Origin: the human T2T-CHM13v2.0 reference genome, Homo sapiens
Assembly: GCF_009914755.1 (NCBI RefSeq)
Contig: NC_060925.1
DNA: 64,000 bases
Reading direction: 5' to 3' (one strand)
Shown: positions 1-15,146 of the stretch, one piece after another
Position numbering within the stretch: the first letter of the stretch is position 1
Layout of the letters: each line of letters begins with the position of its first letter
The notes under the pieces: generated by a model
Told to the model about the DNA's origin: nothing
The model's database searches: none
The model's input: the letters and a program-made list of their open reading frames with translations, nothing else
Program-made: the position numbers and the translations under genes

Positions 1-679
1 ATTTTTAAAGTAAATGGTCATGAGCCACATGTCTTCTGGGCCTCCTGGCCTCACCCCAGCAGGCTCTGCTCCTGCATAAGCCTCTGTGAGTGCAGAGGGC
101 CTCTGGTTGCTGGGAAGTGGGGTGGGCTCAGGTTGGGGTTTAATTTGGGGGTGGAGACCTTTCCAAGTATCTCACCTAGAGGTTACACCTCCTCCCTAGC
201 TGGACCCATGACTCTTGGCAAGGCCCGGATCTTGAGGGAAGAGCCAGGGAGCTGGGATGAAAGCTCTTCCCACTCCGTGTGAGCCAGCCTCATCGAGGAA
301 CAGAGGGACAGGCCCACGGTGCCTCCTCCTTGGGATTAATGCAGTTAGGATGAGATGTCCACGAAGTCCACAGAGCATCTGTAGGTCCCAGGCTCTGCAT
401 GAGACACTCAGAGGCCATCGCCCTTGACCGCCTGGTGAAAGGAATGGAGACAGAGAACCCAGCAGTTGGGAACCTCGGGGGTCAGCCTAGGTCATGTGTG
501 GGCTTGGCCACATCCAATCACCTACCCTCTCGAAGGCACAGTTTCCTCTTCTGTAACACAGAGATCATAATTGCACAATAAAATTACATGAGGGCAGGGT
601 TGCACCTGCTCTTCCCTGTTGGCAGCATAGTGCCTGGCCCATCTCAGCCACCAAATGCTGTCTCTATACAGAGAACCCC

Positions 680-800
680 TCATTTATATCTTCAACTCTA
701 ACCTCTCACCTGAACCCCAGACTCCTGCATCTAGCCACCTATGCAGTGACTCCTCTCCAGTAGCTAACAGGCCTCCCAAACTTAATACAACCAAATCTGA
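680..800 (+). mobile_element. L2 (LINE-2) fragment, continuing at ~2830-3330 after the L1/Alu insertions
   Basis: Degenerate L2-like motifs (ctctcacctgaaccccagactc; caaacttaatacaaccaaatctgaactc; later cagggcctttgcacatgct). Boundaries approximate. Confidence 0.55.
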
Positions 801-810
801 ACTCTTTTTT

Positions 811-1118
<308 letters not shown>

Positions 1119-1131
1119 TGAACTCTTTTTT

Positions 1132-2808
<1,677 letters not shown>

Positions 2809-3643
2809 ACTCAAATCTTCTTCTGTCTACCCATCCATTTTCTCTAAAAACCAAGGAGTCAGCCTGAATTTCTGTCTTTCCCTCTCTTCCTTATTTAATC
2901 ACTCAGCCAACCCTTACACCCCTACCCCCAAAATATAGCTCAAGTCCATCTGCTTCTTCCTACCTTGACTGCAAAAGCCCTCTGCCAAGTCTTCCGCAAT
3001 CCATTCTCCACTCAGCGGCCAGGGCCATCTTTTAAATACATGTATCAGGTCTTAATACCTCCTGTCTTCAGATGCTCCAGTGGCTTCTATTGTGGCTGGA
3101 GTAAAATCTAAACCCCTGCCGTGGCCTTCCACCCCTCCCCTCTCAGGTCCACACTCTAGCCTCATCTCCCACCAGCCTCCCTCTTGCTCCTCCCTTGGCT
3201 CCGGCTCACAGGCCACCTTGCTGGTTCTTGGCGTTGCCACATCTGTTCCCACCCCAGGGCCTTTGCACATGCTTTTCCCTCTGAATACTCTTAATCCAGA
3301 TTTTCAATAGCTGGATCCACTCATGAAAGGACTAAGCACAAATGTCCCTTCTTTGCTCTCAGGAAGATCTAGGTATGGCATCACTGTGCATGACTTGGGA
3401 ACAGAAAGGTTCACCAACCATCCAGAAGGCTGGAGAGAGCTCAGGCAGGGACTGTTGAAATAATGGAATGTCAAGGCCACTGTGGGCAGGATGATTGGAC
3501 GGGTTTGGGAGGGAGGCATGGAAGCCCGAGGTGTCCCTGGCTTCAGCAGGCTTGCTGCTTTGGCTGGGGTGTTCTTACACACCTAGAGGAGCCCCAGGCT
3601 CTGCTGTTCCCTGTCCTGGATGAACATGCCTATGAAGAGGTGT

Positions 3644-3657
3644 GTGCCCTCTGCAGG
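3644..3657 (-). promoter_or_regulatory. CTCF-like motif CCTGCAGAGGGCAC
   Basis: Close match to the CTCF core consensus. Motif only; no binding evidence. Confidence 0.3.
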
Positions 3658-6600
3658 CAGTTCCTGGGGCCTCTGTGGAGGCCTTGGGCAGGGCTCAAGT
3701 GCCCTTGGCCGACAGGCTGGGATGCTGAATTGCACCACACCTGTCACACGCTGCAGGATCTTCCTGCCTGGCGCTGGGCTTTTGCTGATGCTGTTTTAGC
3801 ACCATCCTGAAATTGAAGCCACACCAGGTGATCTTGAGTGAGACCTGCTTTTTGAAAGATGTGTCCCCAGAGCCTCAGAGCCTCTTCCTCCTGGAGATGC
3901 AGGTGGAGCCTACAGATGGTTCAGGGAAATTTGGAAGTGTGCATGAGTGACTGCCACCGCCTCCTCCTCCAGTCTCTGAATCCCAGTGAATGGAGATCCC
4001 TGAACCTATGGACCATCAGCAGGCTGTCTGTCCCCAGGGTCCCTCTAGCATGTCAGGGCTTGGCTCTGCAGGTACCCAGCCTGCCCCATTCCTGGTGGCT
4101 GCTTTTATAGGGAAACAGTAGAATGTTGGTTATGAACAGGGCCTTTGGAATCATTTAGACACAAGTTTAAATCCTGCCTCTTCCATCTACTGACCAACCG
4201 AGGACAAATTACTTAACTTCTCTGAGCCTTGGTTCCCTTCTCTGAGATTAGGCGGGCATAGTACCTGCTTCCTGGGGTTGAGAGGATGTGACAGGATATC
4301 TATAAAGCCTTGGGCCCGTGGAAGCTGTGGTTCATGTCAGCTGCTGCTGTGATTGTCCACACTCAGCTCCCTTCCCCCCTTCCCTCCCATCATGGGCTTT
4401 TCAATCCATTCCTAGTTGAAGCAGAGGCTCCCCGGAGTCCATTCATTCTGGCATCTCCAGCTCCAGGTGAAGGATATAGCTATGCACAGACCCTACTGGT
4501 GCTCTGGTGGATTTCTCGGCTCAGGGAATTTCAGGATGAAACCAAGGGCCCTGCGATGTCATCCAGTCTCCTGGAGCATCCTACAGGGAGGAAAGAAGGC
4601 ATCGAGGGATGCCCCGCCCTCCCATTTTTTCATTCATGTCTTCCTCCCTGAACACTGCATGGAGCCACTATAGCCAAGAGCCCAGGACCCAACCTCCCTG
4701 CCCAAGCCTTGCCCTTTTTGGCTCAGGAGGGGCCATCTGGGCTCCTGGTGAGGAGGGGGGTGAGCTGATTTAGGGGGCAGCGAGGCAGAGGAACTGAGTT
4801 GCCCCCTTGCCGGGCTCTCAAGTCCTGGCACTGCCCCACCTGGCTGCAGAACCCTGGGCAACTCACTTACCTCTCTGAGCTTCCATTTCTTTGTAAATAG
4901 GGGTCACGATTTCCATCTCACAGGAATGGTCATTCTTTCATTTAATACATGTGAGAGGGGTAGGGATGAGGCTTGGAGGAAGGGTTTGAGCTGGCCCCTC
5001 TAAGCTATCCAAAAAATTTCACTCTTTATCTAAAGGGCCCTGGAAAGCCATAGAAGAGTTTCTGGTTTGCTTGCTTTTGTTTTTATTATTTTTATACAGA
5101 TGTCCTCGTCCATGTGTGTTTTTCGTCCTTAGGGTCTTATGACTCAGTGCTTCTGGACCTTTCCATGGGGCCTGCTCCTTTTGATTCAGGGAAATCCCTG
5201 GAAAGGACTCCATGCAGTGTCTGGGCAGAGTGCCGGGCTGCTGGAGCTTGGGGTCCCTGCTCCCAGGTCCCTGTCCCCACCTGGAATGAGATAGGAGACC
5301 AACAGCATCTTCCCTAGAAGGCTGATCTCCCTCAGGGACTCTTTGGATGGTGACAGACAGGGCCCTGTGTTTTCTGGACTATGCTAAAGGGCTGCTTGTG
5401 TGCTGGAGGGATCTGGGGGCTCCTTTTCAAAATGAAGGTCCAAGCCCAGATCTTTGTGGAGGGGGGGAATGGACACGGAGAACAGCCCATATTTCCCAGT
5501 TCCTTCAAGTTCTATTTGCAAATAAAGAGGTTAATTGGAAAGGTTGTAGTCACTGGTCACTGGGGCTACAAAAAGCCCCACGTCCTCCCTTTTTTCCTCT
5601 GGTACCGAGGAGGTGAGCTTTTCGGTTGCTTTTCTGAATCTGTAGCTGAAAACCTTGACTTGATAAATGAGATGTAACCTTGAAGTAAATTTGCCTATTA
5701 TCTAGAAGTCATGGAAGCAGACACTAAAAATGGACTCCATTTATTTTACGAGAAGTCAGAGCATGTCAAGCTGCTCATAATTAGTAATAAACTCATCTCT
5801 GCTTGATGACTTTTTACACTGTTTGTATTTTTTATTGATGTAGTCACGCTTAGGTGGCCATCACTGGAGGCGGGCAGTGGTGGGGCTGCTTCCGGTGCGG
5901 AGCCTCCCTTCCTCCTCCAGCGTCCCTGCATGCCCCGCGCCACCCCTGCCCCGGGCAGCCCCGGCTGCTCCTTCATCACAGAGCCCAGACTCGCCTCGTC
6001 AGACTTGGCTACCTCTGTGAGCTTGCAGGAATAAATCTGAGGTGCTGAATATAGATATATTTTCCTTTCTCCTCCTTGGAGAGCAGTGATTTGCAGCCTT
6101 TTCTTGTGTGAGCCAGCCACCCTCATGTGACTTGATAGGCACATGGTCAGGGGAAGTTGCTGTTTCCAGACCTAATGAGGCCTTGGAGTCTTGTTAATGG
6201 GGCTCCTTGCTGTGGAATGTGTTGTTTATGGATGGACAGGGTGGCCCCGGCTTTGTCTCCTCAGCCCCATGCCAAGGAGTGGATCTCTGATGGGCAGCAA
6301 GGGTTGAGAAAGAAGCAGAGGAGCCTCCAGCCCTGGGGGCCCTGGAGCCTGGCAGCTTTGGCTATAAAATCTCACCCTTCAGCAGCCCATGTGGCACACT
6401 GGGAGGTAGGAGCCTCCCTTCTAGAAAGTTCTAGAGGCTTTCCCTGTCTGCAGAGCCTGGGATGGAGCAGGCTCACGTGCATAAGAGGGGCTCTAGGTGG
6501 GACAGGTGGAAGAGTCCTTTGTGGTCTCATTTGCTCTTGCTCTGGCGATAAAGCCCTGTTATCAGTCATGGGTACCAGGTGACCCTTTTCCAGTGAGTCT

Positions 6601-7238
6601 CTGGAGACCCAGGGGTCAGTGGGGAGCCAGCCTTTCCTCATCTCTGTGCCATGTGCAGGGACCATGGAGAAGGGCATGCTGAGTGGGTCCTAGGCTTCAT
6701 AAAAGAGCTGGGCACCTGGACAGCACCATTCCCAGTACAGAGAAGGCAATCGCTGGCCTCACCAAACTGTGCTCTGGTGAGGCTGGAGAGCCCCTCCCCA
6801 CCCCCTGGTTTTCTCTTGGCCTCTTTGGTGCCCTTTACATTGGGCCCTGTGAACAGGACGCAGAGGACTCAGGCAGCCCATCCTCCTAGCACCACAATCC
6901 TCCTCATCCCTCACCCCATTCGACAGCACCTTTTCTTGAAGCCTTTACTTAGAATTCAGCTCCCTCTTCCTGCTCTCCTTCTGCAGTTTGTGTTTCACTC
7001 TTTTGTAGCAGGAGATGTTCTGGAGCATTGTCATTTGCAGACATGAGGCAGTCTGCAGATGGGCCAGTGGACCATACCCAGATGCAACAGCTTCCTGAGA
7101 GCTGGCACGAGGGCTCCAGCCTGTGTTCTTGGAATACAAGCTCTGAAAGGGTACAGGGTGCGGTGTTTGCATGATAAGCAGGGAAGGTGAAACTTGTCCC
7201 TTCTGAAGTGGGGTCTGCGTGGGGTTTTTCAGAGCTAG

Positions 7239-7662
7239 TGGGTTGGTTTGCTAGGGCTGCTGTACCACAAACGGCGTGGCTTAAACATGGGAAGTGCATT
7301 GTCTCATGGTTCTGAAGGGTGAAAGTCTCAGATCAAGGTGTGGGCAGGGCTGGTTTCTTCTGAGGCTGGGAGGGAGGATCTGTCTTGAGCCTCTCCCCTG
7401 GCTGCTGGCATGTGCTTCAGTGTTCCTTGGCTTGTAGAAGCATCACCTTGTCCTCTGCCTTCATCTTCACGTGGCATTCTCCCTGTGTGTGTGTCCAACC
7501 CCCACCTTTTTATAAGTAATCAGTCATATTGGATTAGTGTCCACCCTAAGGCCTCATTTTAACTTGATTACCTCTTTAAAGACTGTCTCCAAACAAGGGT
7601 TCATTCTGAGATACTGGAGGTTAGGACTTAGCATGTAAATGTTAGGGGACTCAACCCATAAC
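7239..7662 (-). mobile_element. MaLR solo LTR (MLT1C-like)
   Basis: ctagggctgctgtaccacaaac...gatcaaggtgtgggcagggctggtttcttctgaggc...tcatattggattag...taacttgattacctc...caacccataaca, the typical reverse-strand MLT1 sequence with TG...CA ends. Confidence 0.85.
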
Positions 7663-9600
7663 AGCTACAAAAAGGGAGGTGCATCCTGTTCACATGGGGG
7701 CTGGGACTCAGCCCTGGGGCAGGTTCTGGAGGTGATTCCCACCACAGCCATGCCAGGACAGGACCCCTACACTGATGCACTGGAGTGTAAATCCGAGGAG
7801 ATGGTCTTTGCACTCTTGTGAATCAGGCTCAAATCTCAGGTCTACCATTCACCAGCAGGTGACCTTGATCAAGTGGCTTAACTTCTCCAAAGCCCAGTTC
7901 CCTGTTTGCAAAATAGGGTTAACACTACCTACCTTGGAGGATTGATTGATCTGGGATCAAATGAGGTCAAAGATGACAAGCCTCGGTGTGCCCACATTGT
8001 GCCAGGAGCATGGGAGGTGCTCATGCCTTTTGTGGCTCTCTCAGGACTGTGTAGTCCCTAGAGCTGTTTCTCTTCACCCTGTCCCTCTTAGCCTTGTCCC
8101 ATTCTGGCCTGGCAGAGTGAGCAGGCTGTGCTGGCCTGCACAGGTGCAAGGATTTGCAGCAAGGGAAGGTGTGATGAGAACAAGAGGCCATCCCTCTCCT
8201 GCCACGCCTGCCACTTTCTCCATGCCGGAGTTGCCTGTACCAATTGGCAGTCGGGACACACAGCAGCTGGGATGAAGGGAGTTTACTGCTGAACTTAATA
8301 GGGTCGTTTTCTGCTTCACATAAATCTGTCTGTGCTCAGCTGAGGATCCTGGGTGGCTGGTAGAGCAGCCATTGTTAATGGACTTGTCCCTGGAAAACGG
8401 GGCTGTGGGTGTTAGAGTGTTGTTCTGGATGTTTCTTCCTTGGGAAGGGAGAGGATTTAGTAATAGAAGCTCGGTTTGGCTCTTCCGTTGCTGCCGGCCT
8501 GCCTGGCCAATGGGCTGCTTTGGGCAACAAAATAGGAGCGGCGCCATATTCATTTGGAATCTGTGATCCTGCATCATGGCAAGTCGTCATCCTTGGATGG
8601 AACAATAGGGTGGGTCCTCAGTTCTCTCTGAACATTCATTGAGTCGTTTGCTCAACAGATATCTGCTGAGCTGTGAGCTTGGGCCAGACCTGTCATCAAT
8701 TCTGGTCAATGCGAACAGGACAGATTTGGTCCCCAGTGTCATGGAACTAAGAGTCAACCAGGGAATCTTCAGGGGAGAAGTTGGTGGCCAGGAAAAGCTG
8801 GGGAGGTGACCTTCTAGCTGACATTTGTTGGGCGAGTCAAAGCTGGCCAGACCAGAAGGGGAGGCTGGAGAAGCCTGGGACACCTCCTGGAGCCACATCC
8901 TCTTCCTTCAGGGACTTCTGAGATCCTCCCTGCTAGCTGTGTAGAAGGAACCAGAATATCCAGGTCCTGTGTACCCAGCCACCTGAGCAACTTTTTCACA
9001 GTGTGACTTTTTTAAAAGTCAAGATGAATCTCATTTCATGCAATAAATATTAACCTGGAAGGTTGGGGGTACATTAAACTTTTATGCATGGCAATAAATT
9101 TCTTATGCAAGAGAGGACTCACTACTAGTTAAAGAAATTTGGGGTGAAAACTGCCTTGGTGGGGATTATCCCGACTCATCTGTTTAGCAAGTAACATAAA
9201 CCGAGTTTCCTTCAAGCTGGATTCCTGTGTGTTAATCATCTTTGAGCCTCTGTTTCCTTTCCTCTCTTTCTGCACCTGTCATTTGATTCCTCAGGCCCTG
9301 GGGCTGCCTTCCTTCTGGGGTCCTCTTTGAAGAAGAATCCTTGATATCTGCCCTCTAGGAGTTTAATATTTCTTGAATGCATAGGCCATAATCCATACAT
9401 ATGTCTTAGAAAACCAACCCTGAAAATTTTCTCTATACTTGGACAGGGCCAGAAGGCCTAATTTCAAATGGTCACACCTACTTGCAAATGATCCAGTGTC
9501 TTCACAAGGGCTTGACACATGTGCCCTGCCTGCTTCATGTCCTGGTCATGTGACTTTATAACTAATGTTTATCCTGTCTTACTAGCATTTCTCTTATGAT

Positions 9601-10370
9601 TGGTGGGCCTGGGTAGAATTGATGAACTTGAGCAGAGTTGGTGGACTTGGGTAGTGCTGGTAAACTTGGTTAGAGTTAGTGGACTTGGGTAGAGTTAGTG
9701 AACTTGGGTAGAACTGGTGGACTTGAATAGGATTATTGGACTTGGGTACAGGTGGTGGACTTGGATAGAGTTGGTGGACTTGGGTACAGTTAGTAGACTT
9801 GGGTAGAGTTAGTGGACTTGGAAAGAGTTAGTAGACTTCAATAGAGTTAGTGGACTTGAATAGAGTTAGTGGACTGGTGGAATTGAATAGAGTTGGTAGA
9901 CTTGGGTAGAGGTGGTGGACATGGGTACCGATGGTGACCTTGGATAGAGTTGGTGGACTTGGGTAGTGGTGGTGGCTTTGGATAGAGTTGGTGGACTTTG
10001 GTAGGATTGGTGGACTTGAATAGAGTGAGTGAACTTGGGTAGAGGTGGTGAACTTGGGTAGGACTGGTGGACTCGAATAGAGTTGGTGGACTTGGGTAGA
10101 GGCAGTGAACTTGGATAGAGGTGGTGGGCTTGGGTAGGATTGGTGGACTTGAATAGAGTTAGTGGACTTGGGTAGAGTTAGTAGACTTAATTGACTGAGT
10201 AGACTTCTGTGGAGGTGGTGAACTTCGGTAGGACTGGTAGACTTGAATAGAGTGAGTGGATTTGGGTAGAGGTGGTGGCTTTGGATAGACTTGGTGGACT
10301 TTGGTAGGGTTGATGGACTTGAATAGAGCGAGTGAACTTGGGTAGAGGTGGTGGACTTGGATAGACTTGA
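9601..10370. repeat. Minisatellite, 19-bp unit (consensus ~TGGACTTGGGTAGAGTTGG), ~40 diverged copies
   Basis: acttg recurs at 9683, 9702, 9721 and 9740 (period 19); the plus strand is G/T-rich and C-poor. Confidence 0.95.
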
Positions 10371-11626
10371 TGCGTGTGGGGCAAAGACAATTAGTGGAAC
10401 ATAACCATTTATGCCAACCCTTCTAGCTCGCAGAGGTGCTCTGTAGAAGAAGAAAGACATTGCGGAAGTTTTTAAATAGGGACATGATACCAAGTTTGAA
10501 ACGTGAGAGAGTGAGTAGGAACTGTGCCCTTGTCTGACCCAAGTGCTAAATCAACAGGAACATGGTGCCCACTTGTTACATCACTCATGGACATGAGCTG
10601 GGCTGTTTTTCTTGCATCCATTTCACTGGGTGATTAATATCTCTTTTAATGTTCAGCTGCAGTGAATTCTTAACAAATTATTTTGTAACACATTGAAATC
10701 ACTTTGTAAGCTCTTTGTTAACACCTTTAAGAGGGCTCTAGCTATAAAATATTACTTTATCATCTTCCCGTTGCAGGACATTTGATGTAACACTCGTGTC
10801 TCGGAGGTTGTTAATAAATAATGGATGGAGGAATGATCTGGGGGTGACCTTTTGTAGAACATCATCTGTCAGCCGAACTTCACTTAATCCTTCCTCTTAC
10901 GCTGTCTTCTGGCTTTCAGGATATAGCAGTTTGCAAATCAGGTGGTTTGGTTCCTGCCAGTGAGTGACATTTCACAGGATGGGTGACATCGGAACGATTG
11001 GCCTGTGTGGTTGCCTCTGGGACCCTCAGAAGGATTTAAGCCCCGTGATTAGCAGGTCTATTTTTGGCCACCAAGTGCAGGAGGGAGGGCATCTGGTGTG
11101 TGTCTCATCTTGGCTGTGATGAGGCTTGGCTGACCCCAGCAAGGACTCTCCATGAGTGGAGTGTGGCAGCGCCGTGGTTAGCTGGCCAGGTGAGGGGTGT
11201 TTCTCCAATAAGCATTTGTAGATCTGCCCTCTACTAAACCTGCTTCACCCTGGTAGCCCCCCTCAAAGGCATAGCAAGCCAGAGTATCCCAGGGACCGGG
11301 AACACTTGGGAACAGATGCCTGATAGAGAGTCACAGAACCATAAAGTCACGGGGGCTAAAGCCAGAGAAACCAGAGTCCAGCCCCATCAGCTTACAGAGA
11401 GGGACTGAGGTCAGAAAAGCCGAGAGTGCCTCTTCCAGGGTAGCTCATGGGTTAGAACAGATTTTTCACTTGACTCCTGAAACTGTGGTCCCTTTAGCCA
11501 GTGCCCTGCCTCACAGGATGACTCTAGAGTCACTTCATTCATTCATAAACAATGCTTATCGAGTGCTGACTCTATGCAGGTGGTGTGCAACATCCTGAGG
11601 ACACTGCAGGCAGCGAGACCAGCGAG

Positions 11627-11838
11627 GTGTCTTAGTCCATGCATGGTGCTAGAACAACATACTTTAGACTGGGTAACTATAAACAACATACATTTAATGC
11701 TCACAGTTCTGGAGGCTGGGAAGTCCAAGATCAAGACACCAGCAGATTTAGTGTCTGGTAAGAGGCTGTTCCTGATAGATGGCACCTTCTATGTGTCCTC
11801 ACATGGTGGAGGAGGGGGCACACAGGTTCCCTTGTGAC
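11627..11838 (-). mobile_element. MaLR LTR fragment (MLT1A/MSTC-like), followed by a short Alu 3' fragment (~11840-11920)
   Basis: tgtcttagtcc...ctcacagttctggaggctgggaagtccaagatcaag...tgtgtcctcacatggtgga. Confidence 0.8.
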
Positions 11839-12149
11839 TCTTTTTTTTTTTTTCTGAGACAAGGACTTTCTTGCTCTGTCACCCAGGCTGAAGTGCAGAG
11901 GCACAATCCTAGCTCACTGCTTTCCTGGGTTTCTTGTACACAGATCAGACCTATGAGTGCATGGTGGTCATTACAGCTTCAACCTATGCTAGAAGGCAGG
12001 CGTGAAGGAGGCTGCAGCTGCAGATATGGGATGGTGGGAGGCTTCCCTGAGGAGGGGATGTCGAAGGTGAGAGGTAGGATGCGTGAGATGCTTTCTGGGC
12101 AGTGGGAGAGGGTATCCCAGTGTGCTGTGGGCTCTGGGGCTGCAGAGAT

Positions 12150-12292
12150 GCGTGTCTGTGGAGTTTGGATAAGCCCCATAAAAACACTCCACACAGTGCT
12201 TCTAGAATCAGTCGGAGTCCATGGCACAAAGCAAGGGCTCAGTATATACTGAGTGAATGGATGAATGAATGAATGAGTGAATGAATGAATGA
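12150..12292 (+). mobile_element. L2 3' end with (TGAA)n tail
   Basis: catggcacaaagcaagggctcagtatatactgagtgaatggatgaatgaatgaatg. Confidence 0.65.
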
Positions 12293-14116
12293 GCCACCTG
12301 TCAAACTGCTTTCTCAGATCAGTCCAGTCAGGGGAATGGCGGTGGCCATGGGCTTCTGTAGTGGATGTCCTTAGGCTCGGTGTGGCTGGTGATGAAGGAC
12401 TGAGAGTCATCCCAGAGAGTGCAGAACACCTCCCATGACCTTCCCCAGAGTCCAAGCCCAGGGAGCAGTTGTGACATCCAGCCAAGCTCACACTTGGCCT
12501 GGAGGCCGGACCCCATGAGGACCAACCTGTGGTCTTCAGAGGTTGTCGGGAGGGAGGCCCCAGTGGACGCTGAATTCCAGCCTCTGTCTGGAGGCCTTTG
12601 AGCCGCAAGCACCTGGTGGCTGTGCCTGTGGATGGGCTTGATGGTCTGAACCCATAACACCCATTCAGGCATCAGAAAATCACCCTCGAATTATCTCTAG
12701 AGTTTTATTTCCTAGAATCCTGAATAGATCACATTTTATTGTTGAATACCGAAATCTCATTACTTTAGGAAGTGCTATTACTGGGCTATTACTGGAAAGG
12801 AATTCCTCTCTCCTGTTCTGATTAAAACCTCCTGTTCATATTTAAAAAATAATTTCAGACCTTTTTTTTTAATGCTTCTAAAAGTATAAACGTGCAGCCA
12901 AGCGTCTTCTTTCCCTAGGCCCCGCGCCTGGGTGTGGACTTCCCTGGGCCTGCTGGTGGAGAGTGAGCGCAGCTCTGCAGAAGTAGAGACACCGGAGTCT
13001 CCTCCTGGACCCCCTTCTTGGAGAATGATCCCTTTCTTTTCCTCTGGCTCAGTTGCTTCCTAAGATTCTAATGACAGTTCTGGCCAAAACAGGCAGCCCC
13101 CGTTACCACTGGTTTGAGACTTCAGCTCTGGCTTTTTTCACCAGGAACTGATTCTGGGATCTTGGGGCATAGGGTCCAAGATATGGCTTCTCTGCTGACT
13201 GATGGAGTCAGGGGAGCTGGTTCCACCCAGAGCAATACGTGGGGATGGGTGGAAAGCACTCCTCCGGGCAGCTCCTGCTCCTCTCTGGAGGCTGCTCCCT
13301 CTGCGCACAGGGTCATCAGCTTCCTGCGTCTGAATCCCCAACCTGGGGGTGTCCTCTATGGCCCTCCGGGCTCACTTGGCACTATCACATGCCGAGCCCA
13401 CTGTGTCATGAATATTACCTGGTGACTTGCTCCTTTCTCCTCCTCTGGGACTCTGCCCATTCTCTGTGACCCCAATGTACTTGGCACAGGGACTGGCATG
13501 GGGCACTCAGAAAATATTTGTCAAATGGATGGTGGAATTCACCAGCACCCAGAAAGCAGTGTGATTTGGGGAGTTTTATCAGCGAGTGGCCATGTGACTC
13601 CCAGGGGCAGAGGGGATGTCTTCAGCACATCTCCGTCCCTTTGCCAATCACACCCTGCTCAGTAGAGCCCACCTTGCCTGTCCTCCTCATTGCCTGCCCT
13701 GTTCTTGCCTGGCCGCACTGAGCTCCACATGAGGTATATTCCACATGGACACAGGGGAGGTGACCCCCTTCTCTCCAGGGCTGCTCCTCCAAGGCCGCGG
13801 GTTGCCTTGGAGAAAGCTCAGAATAGCTGTGTGGCCCCATGCTGATGCTGGGTGAGTGCGCATGTGGCTAGAATTCTTTTCTGGACTCTTGGCAAGTGGA
13901 ATTATTTACAACCACCAGGGCCAATATTTCCCTGCTCCGCAGATGATTTGCAGCAGATGAAGTAGATGCTCTCTCCTTGCAGAGAGCTAATGATAACATT
14001 GAGCTCTTCCCACCCCACTGATGTGTCTTTGATGGCACAGCTGTGGATATTTTTATTTGCCCAGTCAAGTCGGCTCCTCGGTGCACATGTCTGAAGTGAA
14101 GGCCCTTGGGCTGCAA

Positions 14117-14130
14117 GCTGCAGAGGGCAC
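14117..14130 (+). promoter_or_regulatory. CTCF-like motif GCTGCAGAGGGCAC
   Basis: Near-consensus core in non-repetitive sequence. Motif only. Confidence 0.25.
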
Positions 14131-15146
14131 TGGCGCCAGCCTTGTGCGTTGACAGGAGACTGCAGGAACCCGCCAGCTTGGTTGCTGGCTTCCTGAGCTC
14201 TGTCTGCGGGTTCCCTCCCTGGAATGGACAAGGGGGAGCAGCCGATTTCTGATACAGCTCATCTGTCTGGGTCACTGGTTCCAGAAGTTAATTTTGGATG
14301 GAACTTCACAGGCACCTGGCGTCTGGTTATGCAAAACCTGACCTTTGGCTTCACTCTGGGGCCTTCCCTTCTCCTCACCCCAGGGCTCCTGCTGCCTCCC
14401 TCTCTGTGCCATTCTTTCCTCTTAAAAAAAAATATCCTGCTGACAGGAGCTTTCTAACTTGTCATTTTGGAGATCATCAACAAATTCTATAGAGAGGTGA
14501 CCTCCATTATGAGAAAGAGACGGGGAGTTGGCTGGGACCCAAGCCAAGGAGCTGGAGCCTCTTTTGACTGGCAAGGTGACATTGAGTGTCATATCAGCAT
14601 TCATGGCCAGCTCTCTTCTCCTCAGAGAGTAATTATTTCTTTCAGAGCGAAAGGTCCAATTTGCTGTAAAGAACAGAGCCCCAGGTAAAACGAAAGAGCT
14701 GTAAGCTCCCCTGACATAAAGGAGACCAGACTGCCCCCGTCCCCAGCCCTGCTCACTCCACATCATAATGGCCATTCGGCCAGATTTATTATGTTTACTT
14801 GTACTTCCTTCCTGTCATAACACATTAGGGTGGTTGCACATTGCATGGGTGAGGCCGGCTCAGCAGGTGGAGCTGAACACCTTGCAGCTGACACTGGCTC
14901 TTGTATCCTTGGCCAGCACCTGGCTCTGGGCAGGGATTGAGATGGCACCTTTGGAGAAACACTGGGAGAGCTGATGCCTGGCATTTGGGGCCAAGCTGAG
15001 CTCTGGGCCCTCTGCACTCTCCTGGTATTTCCTCTACTCCTGGGACATTACAAGAATAAGTGGCCTAAGTCTGTGGCCTTGGATGCCAATACCACGATAG
15101 ATGTCATTCACTGAGTGCTCACCCTGACCCAGATCATGAGACACTG

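Noticed and set aside
5860-6005. CpG island or promoter
   Set aside because: GC-rich with an ETS-like CTTCCGG, but only ~150 bp and few CpGs; no supporting structure.
9828-10493. 221-aa Ser/Thr/Pro-rich mucin-like ORF
   Set aside because: It is the reverse translation of the 19-bp minisatellite; neighbouring units contain stops, and I see no exon structure.
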